A stretch of DNA of 64,000 nt from Candidatus Harrisonbacteria bacterium (lineage in GTDB: Bacteria; Patescibacteriota; Minisyncoccia; UBA6257; 1-14-0-10-40-38): assembly GCA_023245035.1 (NCBI GenBank), contig JAHFLD010000001.1, forward strand, positions 719 through 64,718. Direction: 5' to 3'. A model generated the notes under the pieces. The model was not told the origin of the DNA. It saw nothing but the letters and a program-made list of their open reading frames with translations, and searched no databases. The position numbers and the translations under genes are program-made. Every line of letters begins with the position of its first letter. Position 1 is the first letter of the stretch. Shown one piece after another: positions 18,371-26,761 of this stretch.

Positions 18371-18535
18371 TGCGTCCACCAGGGGTCGAACCTGGGACCG
18401 TCTCCTTGCAATCGGCAGCGAGATGGAAAATAAATGGCTGAAATTCCTACTTGGTGCGTCCACCAGGGATCGAACCTGGGACCGTCTCCTTGCAATCGGC
18501 AGCGAGATGAAAAATAAATGGCTAAAATTCCTACT
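18371..18535 (-). repeat. Two extra copies of the tRNA-Lys 3' half (positions 37-76, including T-arm, acceptor and CCA), each followed by a 49-nt spacer. Period is 84 nt.
   Basis: tggtgcgtccaccaggg(a/g)tcgaacctgggaccgtctcctt at 18371-18407 (variant, no CCA) and 18452-18491, identical to 18536-18575 inside the complete tRNA. Spacer is ttgcaatcggcagcgagatg(g/a)aaaataaatggct(g/a)aaattcctact. Confidence 0.8.
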
Positions 18536-18611
18536 TGGTGCGTCCACCAGGGATCGAACCTGGGACCGTCTCCTTAAGAGGGAGCTGCTCTACCAGCTGA
18601 GCTATGGACGC
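18536..18611 (-). tRNA. trnK: tRNA-Lys (anticodon CTT), CCA encoded. It is the only complete copy in the array.
   Basis: Minus-strand fold: acceptor GCGTCCA/TGGACGC, D-arm GCTC-AGCTGGTA-GAGC, anticodon stem GCTCC/GGAGA (27-43 is G-A), loop CTCTTAA, T-arm CCAGG-TTCGATC-CCTGG, then A-CCA. Confidence 0.85.
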
Positions 18612-18794
18612 ACTAAATAGAAATTTCTATGGCTATTTATTTTCGACGAGCGAACCGATTGGTATTTAGAGGGAGCTGCTCTACCAGCTGAGCTATGGAC
18701 GCACTAAATAGAAATTTCTATGGCTATTTATTTTCGACGAGCGAACCGATTGGTATTTAGAGGGAGCTGCTCTACCAGCTGAGCTATGGACGCA
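18612..18794 (-). repeat. Two extra copies of the tRNA-Lys 5' half (positions -2 to 35), each preceded on the plus strand by a 56-nt spacer. Period is 91 nt.
   Basis: agagggagctgctctaccagctgagctatggacgcac at 18668-18704 and 18759-18794, identical to 18577-18613. Spacer is taaatagaaatttctatggctatttattttcgacgagcgaaccgattggtatttag; its reverse complement is about 70% identical to the 49-nt spacer. Confidence 0.8.
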
Positions 18795-18873
18795 AAGCGC
18801 ACCTATTGTACAACAATATAGGCGGGCTTTCAACACACCGAAAGACCCTTGCCCTGTGGTATGATAATATCCA

Positions 18874-20412
18874 ATGTTCAGCGAAAACTTCGGCGTTAAA
18901 GAAAAATCTAAATTCAAAGTGCTGTTCGTCGCCTCCGAAGCGGCTCCCTTTGCCAAAGCCGGTGGTTTGGGCGAGGTCATGCTCTCTCTGCCGCGCGAAC
19001 TGCGGGAACTCGATTCCGATGCTCGAGTAATGATCCCACGCTACGCCTCGATTGATCGGGAAAAAAACGAACTATCCATGGAATATGAAGGCTTGGAAGT
19101 TCCAACCGGAGCGGAAAATGAAAGCGAGCCAGCGACCATGCGCTGCAATGTTCTCCGCTACAATCCCAAAAACAGCGACCACCGCCGCGCCCCGATTACC
19201 TACTTCCTGGAAAACGAGGAATATTTCGAAAAACGCTCCAACATTTACGGCTACAACGACGACGCCATTCGTTGGGCGCTCTTGTCGCGGGGAGTTTTGG
19301 AATTTATCAAACACAGCGCCTGGCGACCCGATGTCATCATCGCCTCGGATTGGCAGGCTGGTTTCATTCCCAACTACTTGCGAACAACCTACAAAAACGA
19401 TCTTGATCTAAATCGCATCGCCACCATTTTTGTTATTCACAACCTGGCCTACCAGGGAATGTTTGACCAACGCTTCGTGGCCGAAACCGACTACGACGAC
19501 GGCCAATCCGATCTGCCATCTTTTTTCAACCCGCGCCTTCTTAAAATGAACATGATGCGCCGCGGCATTCTTCACGCCGACCTTGTCGCCACCGTCTCCA
19601 AAACTTACGCCAAAGAAATCATGACGCCGGAATTCGGCCAAATGCTGGACCCGCTTCTCAAAGAACGCCGCTCGCGAGTCTATGGCGTTTTAAACGGCAT
19701 TGACTACGAAGAGTTCAATCCAAAAAACGACCAATACCTCACAAAAAATTACGACGCCACAACTCTGGAACGGCGCGAAGCCAATAAACTCGAATTACAA
19801 TCGCGCTTCGGCCTCACGCCCGACAAAAAAATCTTCCTGCTCGGCATCGCTTCGCGATTTACCGATCAAAAAGGATTTGATCTCCTCTTTCCGATTATGC
19901 ACGCCTTATTAAGAGAGTTAAAAATTGGCCTCGTGGTTTTGGGAAGTGGCGAGGGAAAATACATGGATTTTTTTAAAAATCTGGAAGAACAATTTCCGGG
20001 CAGAGTCGGCGCCCATCTCAACTTCGACACCGTTCTCCCTCGATTAATCCTGGGCGGCGCCGACGCCATGCTTATTCCATCACGCTTTGAACCGTCGGGA
20101 TTAATTCAACTTGAATCCATGAGATATGGAGTTATTCCAATCGTTCGCCAAACCGGAGGGCTGGCCGACACCGTAGAAGACTTTGATGTTCAAACCGAAT
20201 CCGGAACCGGCTTCATTTTCAAAGATTTCAATTCGGAGAGCTTGCTCATCGCCATAATTCGCGCCTACGAAAACTACGGCAATAAACCACTCTGGAAACG
20301 CCTCCAAAAAAACGCCCTCTCCGAAGACTTCTCCTGGACTCACTCCGCCAAAGAATACGTTCACTTGATGAACATCGCTCTCGGCTTTCGCCGCCGGGCA
20401 AACCAAACCTAA
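18874..20412 (+). CDS. glgA: Glycogen (starch) synthase, copy 1.
   Basis: N-terminal KVLFVASEAAPFAKAGGLGEV motif and a GT-B fold C-terminal half. Confidence 0.85.
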   Translation: MFSENFGVKEKSKFKVLFVASEAAPFAKAGGLGEVMLSLPRELRELDSDARVMIPRYASIDREKNELSMEYEGLEVPTGAENESEPATMRCNVLRYNPKNSDHRRAPITYFLENEEYFEKRSNIYGYNDDAIRWALLSRGVLEFIKHSAWRPDVIIASDWQAGFIPNYLRTTYKNDLDLNRIATIFVIHNLAYQGMFDQRFVAETDYDDGQSDLPSFFNPRLLKMNMMRRGILHADLVATVSKTYAKEIMTPEFGQMLDPLLKERRSRVYGVLNGIDYEEFNPKNDQYLTKNYDATTLERREANKLELQSRFGLTPDKKIFLLGIASRFTDQKGFDLLFPIMHALLRELKIGLVVLGSGEGKYMDFFKNLEEQFPGRVGAHLNFDTVLPRLILGGADAMLIPSRFEPSGLIQLESMRYGVIPIVRQTGGLADTVEDFDVQTESGTGFIFKDFNSESLLIAIIRAYENYGNKPLWKRLQKNALSEDFSWTHSAKEYVHLMNIALGFRRRANQT

Positions 20413-20415
20413 TCC

Positions 20416-21909
20416 ATGCATTGGGCTAATTTTCTTCACATCTATCAGCCGGCCGAACAACAAGCGGACATTTTGGAAGCCATTGTTGCTCAAAGCTATC
20501 GGCCAATCATAGACCACCTCGCAAGCAACAAAAACGCTCGCTTAACATTCAACGTCAACGGAGCGCTCACCGAACTTCTCGATAAGTGCGGCTACCGAGA
20601 TGTTTTAGACAAACTTCGCGCCTTGGGCGCGGATGGCCGAGTTGAATTCACCGGCGCGGCCAAATATCACGCCTTTCTTCCTTTTTTGGAAGAAGATGAA
20701 ATCATCCGCCAGATTGAAGAAAACGAAAAAACAAATCGCTTTTTTTTGGGAAAAGGATACCAACCCCAAGGCTTCTTCCCCACGGAAATGGCCTACAAGG
20801 AATCTTTGGCGCCGCTTATTGAATCATTGGGATTTAAGTGGATCATGCTGGATGAAATCGCTCTTGGCGGCAAACCGGGAAATGTAGACTACAATTTTCT
20901 TTATAAAATTAGCGGCACCAACATCTTGGCCTTTTTCCGGGAACGCCGCCTCAGCAATCTCATTATGAGCGCGGTTGTTCGTTCCAAGGAAACACTCAAA
21001 GAAGCCATGAAATCTGACCTAAAAAGCTCGCGCTACATCGTCACCGCCATGGACGGCGAAACCTTTGGTCATCACCGCCCGGGATTGGAGAAGATGTTGT
21101 TTGATATTTTTAGCACCAAAGACTTTAAACTAGTCACCGTATCTGACCTCGTTCAAAGTGGCCGACAAGTAAAAGAAATCAACCCGGTCCAATCAACTTG
21201 GGCCAGCAGTGAAGCCGACATCGCCCAAGGCATCCAGTTTCTTTCTTGGTCCGATCCGGAAAACAGCATTCACTCTTGGCAATGGATGTTGACCGCGCTC
21301 GCCCTTCACGAAGTCCGGCGCCTGGCCAAAAATCACCCAAGGTTTAGCGCTGTTCGCAAAAAAATGGATTTGGCGCTGGCGAGCGATCACTTTTGGTGGG
21401 CCTCCGCTAAACCCTGGTGGAGTGTAGAAATGATTGAAGACGGCGCCTATCGTCTGCTTGATGTTATTCGCAACGTACCGGAAGTAAAACCCGCAATTTT
21501 AGATCGAGCTCGCGATCTCTACGAACACATCGTCTCCACCGCTTTTCATTGGCAACGCACCGGAAAAATTCGCACCATGATGCGAGAACAGCGTGGCATC
21601 ACTCGTATCCCTTTTAAGGATCGGACAATCGGCAAGGGCGGCGCCGAACGCGGCGTTTATCACGCCTTCATCGACCTGATGCGCCGGCTTGAAAACGAAG
21701 CCAAAGAAAGGGGTGAATACGAAAAAGCCATTCTTTGGCGAGATTCTCTTTTTAAACTAGAAAACAAGCTGGACATCTACGACACCGTTAATGCCATCGA
21801 CCTCTTGCGCGTCGAGCTTCCTCATAACGAAGTAGAAGCCGTTATCGAAAAATACAAGGACAAATACCGCCATATCCGTGGCGGACAACCGGAACAGCGC
21901 GGCAACTAA
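20416..21909 (+). CDS. Glycoside hydrolase family 57-like protein (putative alpha-amylase or branching enzyme).
   Basis: N-terminal HIYQP motif similar to the GH57 HQP signature. Sits between two glgA genes. Confidence 0.55.
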   Translation: MHWANFLHIYQPAEQQADILEAIVAQSYRPIIDHLASNKNARLTFNVNGALTELLDKCGYRDVLDKLRALGADGRVEFTGAAKYHAFLPFLEEDEIIRQIEENEKTNRFFLGKGYQPQGFFPTEMAYKESLAPLIESLGFKWIMLDEIALGGKPGNVDYNFLYKISGTNILAFFRERRLSNLIMSAVVRSKETLKEAMKSDLKSSRYIVTAMDGETFGHHRPGLEKMLFDIFSTKDFKLVTVSDLVQSGRQVKEINPVQSTWASSEADIAQGIQFLSWSDPENSIHSWQWMLTALALHEVRRLAKNHPRFSAVRKKMDLALASDHFWWASAKPWWSVEMIEDGAYRLLDVIRNVPEVKPAILDRARDLYEHIVSTAFHWQRTGKIRTMMREQRGITRIPFKDRTIGKGGAERGVYHAFIDLMRRLENEAKERGEYEKAILWRDSLFKLENKLDIYDTVNAIDLLRVELPHNEVEAVIEKYKDKYRHIRGGQPEQRGN

Positions 21910-21935
21910 GCAAATAAAATAAATAGCCAAGAAAA

Positions 21936-23363
21936 ATGAAAGTTCTTATTGTTACCTCGGAATCCGCTCCCTTCGCCCACGTTGGCGGCTTGGGCGATAT
22001 CATCCAAGGGTTAGCTCGCGCTCTGCCGGAACAAGGTATTTCAACCTCTCTCGTTCTTCCTAAATACGAACAGATAAAAAGAGGGGAGCTGGTTACCGGC
22101 AAAATACCGGTTGACTTGGGTAGCTCGGTTGAATATATCCGCCTCTACCGCGACGTCTTGCCCGGCACCCAAACCACCGTCTGGCTGGTGGAAAACAAAG
22201 AATATCTCTCATCGGGACCGATTTATTTTTCCCGCACCGCCCTCTCCGGATCCCTGGGCGAGATTCAAAGATTCGTCTTCTTTGCCAAAGCTGTTTCCGA
22301 GCTCCTGCGCGATGGTTTTTTGGGCGATCCGGATCTCATCCACTGCAACGACTGGCACACCGGCGCGCTCATCGGCGAAATCAGTCGTCAAAAAAATCGC
22401 AAAGTAAAAACGCTTTTTACTATTCATAATTTAGAAAATCAGGGCCGTTGGAAAACTAGCGACCTTGCCCGTTGGCTGCCCGACATCGCCAAAATGGCGC
22501 CCTCATCCGCAAGCGGCGAAATCAATCCGATGCGCGACGGCATCGAACTCGCCGATTATGTAAACACTGTCAGCCCCTCCTATGCCGAAGAAATCAAAAC
22601 CCCGGAATACGGCGCCGGCTTGGAAGAAACGCTTCGCGCGCGAAGCGCCAAACTTACCGGAATTTTAAACGGCATTGACTATCGGGTTTACGATCCCAAA
22701 AACGACAGCGCTCTGATCGCCCGCTACGACGAGACAACCATTGAAGAAAAAGAAAAAAATAAACTCTCCCTCCAAAAAAAACTTGGACTCAAAACCGGCA
22801 GAAAATATCCGCTCTTCGGCCTCGTCTCCCGCCTCACCCGCCAAAAGGGGATTGATCTCATTCTGCCGAATATCAAAAACATGGTTCAAGGGCGCGATGC
22901 CCAAATAGTAATCCTGGGAACCGGCGCTCCCGAAATAGAAACAGCGATAAAAAGAACCGAACAGGGCTTCCCGGAAAACATCGCCGCGCGAATGGAATTT
23001 GACGACGAACTCGCTCATCTCATCTACGGCTCCTGCGACTTCTTCCTCATGCCTTCGCGTTTTGAACCCTGTGGTCTGGGGCAAATGATTGCGATGCGCT
23101 ACGGAACAGTGCCAATTGTCCGAAGTACCGGCGGCCTCAAAGACACCGTTCAAGACGGCGTGAATGGCTTCACCTTCAGCGAGCCCACTCACGAGGCCTG
23201 CGCTGAAGCTATCGAACGGGCAACTCAAACTCATTTTTCCGAAAACGACATCTATGGCGCTCTCCAACGCCGCTGTTTTGAAGAAAACTTTTCCGTGACC
23301 CGCGCGGCCCGAAGCTACGCCGCCCTATACCGTTCGCTTGTAAAAAAACCAGCGCCTCGGTAG
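21936..23363 (+). CDS. glgA: Glycogen (starch) synthase, copy 2.
   Basis: KVLIVTSESAPFAHVGGLGD motif and a GT-B fold. Confidence 0.85.
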   Translation: MKVLIVTSESAPFAHVGGLGDIIQGLARALPEQGISTSLVLPKYEQIKRGELVTGKIPVDLGSSVEYIRLYRDVLPGTQTTVWLVENKEYLSSGPIYFSRTALSGSLGEIQRFVFFAKAVSELLRDGFLGDPDLIHCNDWHTGALIGEISRQKNRKVKTLFTIHNLENQGRWKTSDLARWLPDIAKMAPSSASGEINPMRDGIELADYVNTVSPSYAEEIKTPEYGAGLEETLRARSAKLTGILNGIDYRVYDPKNDSALIARYDETTIEEKEKNKLSLQKKLGLKTGRKYPLFGLVSRLTRQKGIDLILPNIKNMVQGRDAQIVILGTGAPEIETAIKRTEQGFPENIAARMEFDDELAHLIYGSCDFFLMPSRFEPCGLGQMIAMRYGTVPIVRSTGGLKDTVQDGVNGFTFSEPTHEACAEAIERATQTHFSENDIYGALQRRCFEENFSVTRAARSYAALYRSLVKKPAPR

Positions 23364-23375
23364 TCTTGGCTTGCC

Positions 23376-24596
23376 ATGCAAGCCACCCAAATTAAAAAAA
23401 TCGTAACCGCTGAAAAACAGCGGCAAAACGAAACATTGTCATTAATCGCCTCGGAAAACATCCCCTCGGATGAAACCCTGGCCTTGTTATCTTCGGCCTT
23501 TGAAACCAAATATGCCGAAGGTTATCCCGGCAAAAGATACTATCCGGGAAATAAGTGGAGCGATGAAATTGAACTGCTCGCCCAGCGCTATGCTCGGCAA
23601 GTCTTCAACTTGGACGCCAGCTGGGCAGTCAACGTCCAACCGCATTCCGGCTCACCGGCCAACCTCGCCTCCTATCTCGCCCTCGCCAAGCCCGGCGAAA
23701 CCATTATTGGAATGGAATTGTCTGCCGGCGGTCACTTAACTCACGGCCAAGCGGTTAGTTTTACCGGAAAAATATTTAAGTCCGTTCTCTACGGACTAGA
23801 CCAGAGCGGGCGTCTAGACTACGAAGCGCTCGAAAAACTCGCCAAAAAACACCGGCCGAAAATAATCATCTCGGGAACAACCTCCTATCCGCGGGTTATA
23901 GATTTTGCGAGGATAGGAAAAATCGCCCGCGCCGTCCAAAGCTATCACGTCGCCGACATCTCCCACCTTGCCGGCCTGGTTGCCGCGGGCATCCACCCGA
24001 CTCCCTTTCCTCACGCCGACGTCGTAACCACCACCACCCACAAAACGCTTGGCGGCCCCCGTGGCGCGATTATCTTCGCCCGCGAACCGCTGGGTTTAGC
24101 CGTCAACAAAGCGGTCTTCCCCGGACTTCAAGGCGGACCTCATCTAAATACCATCGCGGGAATTGCCCAGACGCTTTTTGAAGCAACTCGCCCAAAATTC
24201 AAAATTTACGCCAAACAAGTTATAAAAAACGCCTCAACCTTGGCTGCCTCGCTCCGCGCCAAAGGATTCAAACTCATAACCGACGGAACCGACAACCACC
24301 TTATGCTTATCAATCTCAATCCTAGAGAACTGACCGGCGAGGCGGCCGAAAAAATCCTGGAAAAAAATAATATTATCGCCAATCGCAATAGCATTCCGGG
24401 GGATACAAGCCCGCTTCATCCCAGTGGCCTCCGTCTCGGCACCCCCTCGGCCACGCGCCGCGGAATGCGTGAAAAAGAAATGATTCTCCTCGCCGAGCTA
24501 ATCGAACAATGCCTGATTAAAAATAAAAACGTCGCCGCTAAAGTCAAAATTCTATGCCAAAAATTCCCAGCCTGGCCATCGCCGAAAAAATTCTAA
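23376..24596 (+). CDS. glyA: Serine hydroxymethyltransferase.
   Basis: LIASENIPS, YPGKRYY(P)G and TTTTHKTLGGPRG (PLP-lysine) motifs. Confidence 0.92.
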   Translation: MQATQIKKIVTAEKQRQNETLSLIASENIPSDETLALLSSAFETKYAEGYPGKRYYPGNKWSDEIELLAQRYARQVFNLDASWAVNVQPHSGSPANLASYLALAKPGETIIGMELSAGGHLTHGQAVSFTGKIFKSVLYGLDQSGRLDYEALEKLAKKHRPKIIISGTTSYPRVIDFARIGKIARAVQSYHVADISHLAGLVAAGIHPTPFPHADVVTTTTHKTLGGPRGAIIFAREPLGLAVNKAVFPGLQGGPHLNTIAGIAQTLFEATRPKFKIYAKQVIKNASTLAASLRAKGFKLITDGTDNHLMLINLNPRELTGEAAEKILEKNNIIANRNSIPGDTSPLHPSGLRLGTPSATRRGMREKEMILLAELIEQCLIKNKNVAAKVKILCQKFPAWPSPKKF

Positions 24597-25405
24597 GAGG
24601 CATAGTCACCCAAGGCATCCCGGATACTTCGCTCACGGCGGTTCGCGTCGGCGACAATCCCGCTTCCATTAGTTTTCTTCGTCAAAAAAAGCAAGCAGCC
24701 GAAAAAATCGGCATCCGCTATGAAGAGCGCGTCTTATCGGAATCGGCAACAGAAATAGAAGTTGCCTCGCTCCTCGCTTCTCTGGCAAAAGATCCAAAAG
24801 TCGGCGGCATAATTCTACAGCTGCCGCTGCCATCTCAGCTTAATCAAAAACAACTGCTCCAGCTTATCCCGTCTTCAAAAGACGTAGATGTTCTAAGCGG
24901 AGAGAGCAAACAAAAAAACTATGTCCCCGCGCCACCCCTGGGCGTGGTCAACGCCATTTTGGAAGCGGAAAAAATCTCGCTCACCGATAAAAAAGTTGCC
25001 CTCATCGGTTGGGGAGAACTCATCGGCCATCCCATCGCAACTTATCTCGCCGGACAAAACATCGTTCACCGAATATTCCGTCGTAGCGATCACAGCCTAC
25101 AAGAAGAACTTAATCTTTTTGATGTCGTAATCAGCGGCACCGGAGTCGGCTCGCTCTTTGGCCCCGAACATCTCAAACCCGGCGCCTTGGTTGTTGACTT
25201 TGGCTGGCAAAAAGACGAATCCACCGGCAAAATCAGCGGGGATTATAACTCTAAAAACAACGAAGAAGAGGAAAGAAAAGGCATACGCGCCACCACGACC
25301 CCTGGTGGCACTGGACCAATTTTAGTGGCTAAAATACTGGAGAATTTCTCTATATTAGCCGATAAAACAGCCCCTATTGACAAGTCTAACTCGGCTATGC
25401 TATAA
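24554..25405 (+). CDS. folD: Bifunctional methylenetetrahydrofolate dehydrogenase/cyclohydrolase.
   Basis: VGDNPAS, ILQLPLP and TPGG(T)GP motifs. The annotated start overlaps the glyA end by 43 nt, so the true start may lie downstream. Confidence 0.8.
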   Translation: MPKIPSLAIAEKILRGIVTQGIPDTSLTAVRVGDNPASISFLRQKKQAAEKIGIRYEERVLSESATEIEVASLLASLAKDPKVGGIILQLPLPSQLNQKQLLQLIPSSKDVDVLSGESKQKNYVPAPPLGVVNAILEAEKISLTDKKVALIGWGELIGHPIATYLAGQNIVHRIFRRSDHSLQEELNLFDVVISGTGVGSLFGPEHLKPGALVVDFGWQKDESTGKISGDYNSKNNEEEERKGIRATTTPGGTGPILVAKILENFSILADKTAPIDKSNSAML

Positions 25406-25507
25406 TGCCCGCATCGCCTGTGTTAGGCGAGACCGAAGAAGTATCAGCTCTTTGTCATTTTTAGCTCGTCAATCCAACCGCGCCCAAGGCGGTAAGGAGA
25501 TTTTTAC

Positions 25508-26608
25508 ATGTCTGGGAATGGGCATTTAGAAGACAAACCGGCAAGGACTCAAGAAAAGAGTGGGGGAAGAAATCCACTCACGCAGGAAGCTCACGAGTTC
25601 CTCAAGAGCGAACGCTACCGCAACCCGGGAGCAGCCTCTCTGAAGTGGGAAGACCTCGTCCGAACCGCCAACGATCTCGATCGTCAGATCGAACTCAAGG
25701 ATCTGAAGCTTCTGCTGAACCCGCTCACGCAGGAAGCGAACGAGTTCTTTCGGAGTCGAGGAAAGGCGCAAGCCGACGGAAGCTCCGAAAAGGCGGAGAA
25801 GCTCCGCTACCCCTTCCGTTCGTACGTGGACCAAGATCATCTCACGATGATCGCCGTCCGCCTCGGCCGTCAGATGAATCTCGACGAGGTCAAAAGCCTC
25901 GTCAGTGACGACGGTGAACCGATCTGCTGCGAAGCGGAAGATTGCTCCGGGGAAGAAGGGCGCGAAAGCAAGCTCTTCCAACCGGTCCGATCCATCAAGC
26001 TCAACACCTCGCCGATCGACCCGCCCAGTGGCAGTGGTGAACTGGAACAGTTCACCGAGAACCTGCGCCTCGGCGACGAAGTCGTTCGGATGGAACGCGG
26101 GTCGTTCTTCGCTCTCCCGGTTCGAAACGGCGATCAGATCGTCGGCTGGAAAACGGCCGGGTTCTGCGGGGCCATCTTTTGGTGGACTCCCACGCGAGGC
26201 GTGGTTCCCGCGGATCCGCTCAAGTCCTGTCTGCAGTGTCATCGCGAGGCCTTCGACGATGAGGTTCTTCCGGCGTTGCTCAAGGAGCTTCCGAGGGATC
26301 TCGGCTCCTTCGTCGGCAAGCCGCTTTCACGACAGCTCTGCGAGAAGGTGGTTGAAGCCATGAACCACTCCATCGTCGAGCGGGAAAGCCGGCGGCGCGA
26401 AGACGGCCAACTGCGCGTCACGCGCCGAGCTTCGGCCAAGCGTCTCTTGCTCGGCGGCTCCGCGAACGATGAATCGGCGGAAGTCGTCAACTCCCGCTGG
26501 ACCAGCAGCAACTCGGCGGCGCAAGCCAACGGCGGCCCCGAGATCGCCAAAGCGGCGCTCGCCAAGCTCAACGGCAAGCACGTCGTTGCCAAGCTCCCCG
26601 AGGCCTAA
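25508..26608 (+). CDS. Hypothetical protein from a high-GC (about 60-70%) gene with an internal duplication.
   Basis: AAGGAG RBS 8 nt upstream. Internal repeat NPLTQEAHEFLKSERY / NPLTQEANEFFRSRGK. Several Cys pairs. A strong terminator follows. Confidence 0.5.
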   Translation: MSGNGHLEDKPARTQEKSGGRNPLTQEAHEFLKSERYRNPGAASLKWEDLVRTANDLDRQIELKDLKLLLNPLTQEANEFFRSRGKAQADGSSEKAEKLRYPFRSYVDQDHLTMIAVRLGRQMNLDEVKSLVSDDGEPICCEAEDCSGEEGRESKLFQPVRSIKLNTSPIDPPSGSGELEQFTENLRLGDEVVRMERGSFFALPVRNGDQIVGWKTAGFCGAIFWWTPTRGVVPADPLKSCLQCHREAFDDEVLPALLKELPRDLGSFVGKPLSRQLCEKVVEAMNHSIVERESRRREDGQLRVTRRASAKRLLLGGSANDESAEVVNSRWTSSNSAAQANGGPEIAKAALAKLNGKHVVAKLPEA

Positions 26609-26618
26609 AAACCTCAAC

Positions 26619-26656
26619 AGCCCCTTTCGACTTCATATCGAAAGGGGCTTTTTTTA
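26619..26656 (+). terminator. Rho-independent terminator.
   Basis: 12-bp stem AGCCCCTTTCGA / TCGAAAGGGGCT with loop CTTCATA, followed by TTTTTTT. Confidence 0.8.
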
Positions 26657-26761
26657 TGCTCTAAATTAATTCTTAAAACACCCAAACAAAGTTGGCGATT
26701 ATCCTCCTTCTCTGGCTTTTATAAGCCCTCACTCCTTTAACCTAATCCCGAGCTCTTTTAT

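Noticed and set aside
18347-18620. ORFs 18347-18547 (-) and 18423-18620 (+) encode internally repeated peptides (...ASTRDRTWDRLL...).
   Set aside because: They lie entirely within the tRNA-Lys half-repeat array. The repeated peptide simply reflects the 84-nt DNA repeat, so they are not coding.
18371-18794. Possible CRISPR array.
   Set aside because: The repeats are recognisable tRNA halves from two different families. The spacers are identical to each other rather than unique, and no cas genes are nearby.
25526-26617. Several long ORFs on both strands inside the 25508-26608 gene (for example 25526-26242 minus, 25905-26363 plus, 26239-26592 minus).
   Set aside because: They are typical GC-driven spurious frames inside a high-GC gene. 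Only the plus-strand frame with an RBS and terminator is retained.
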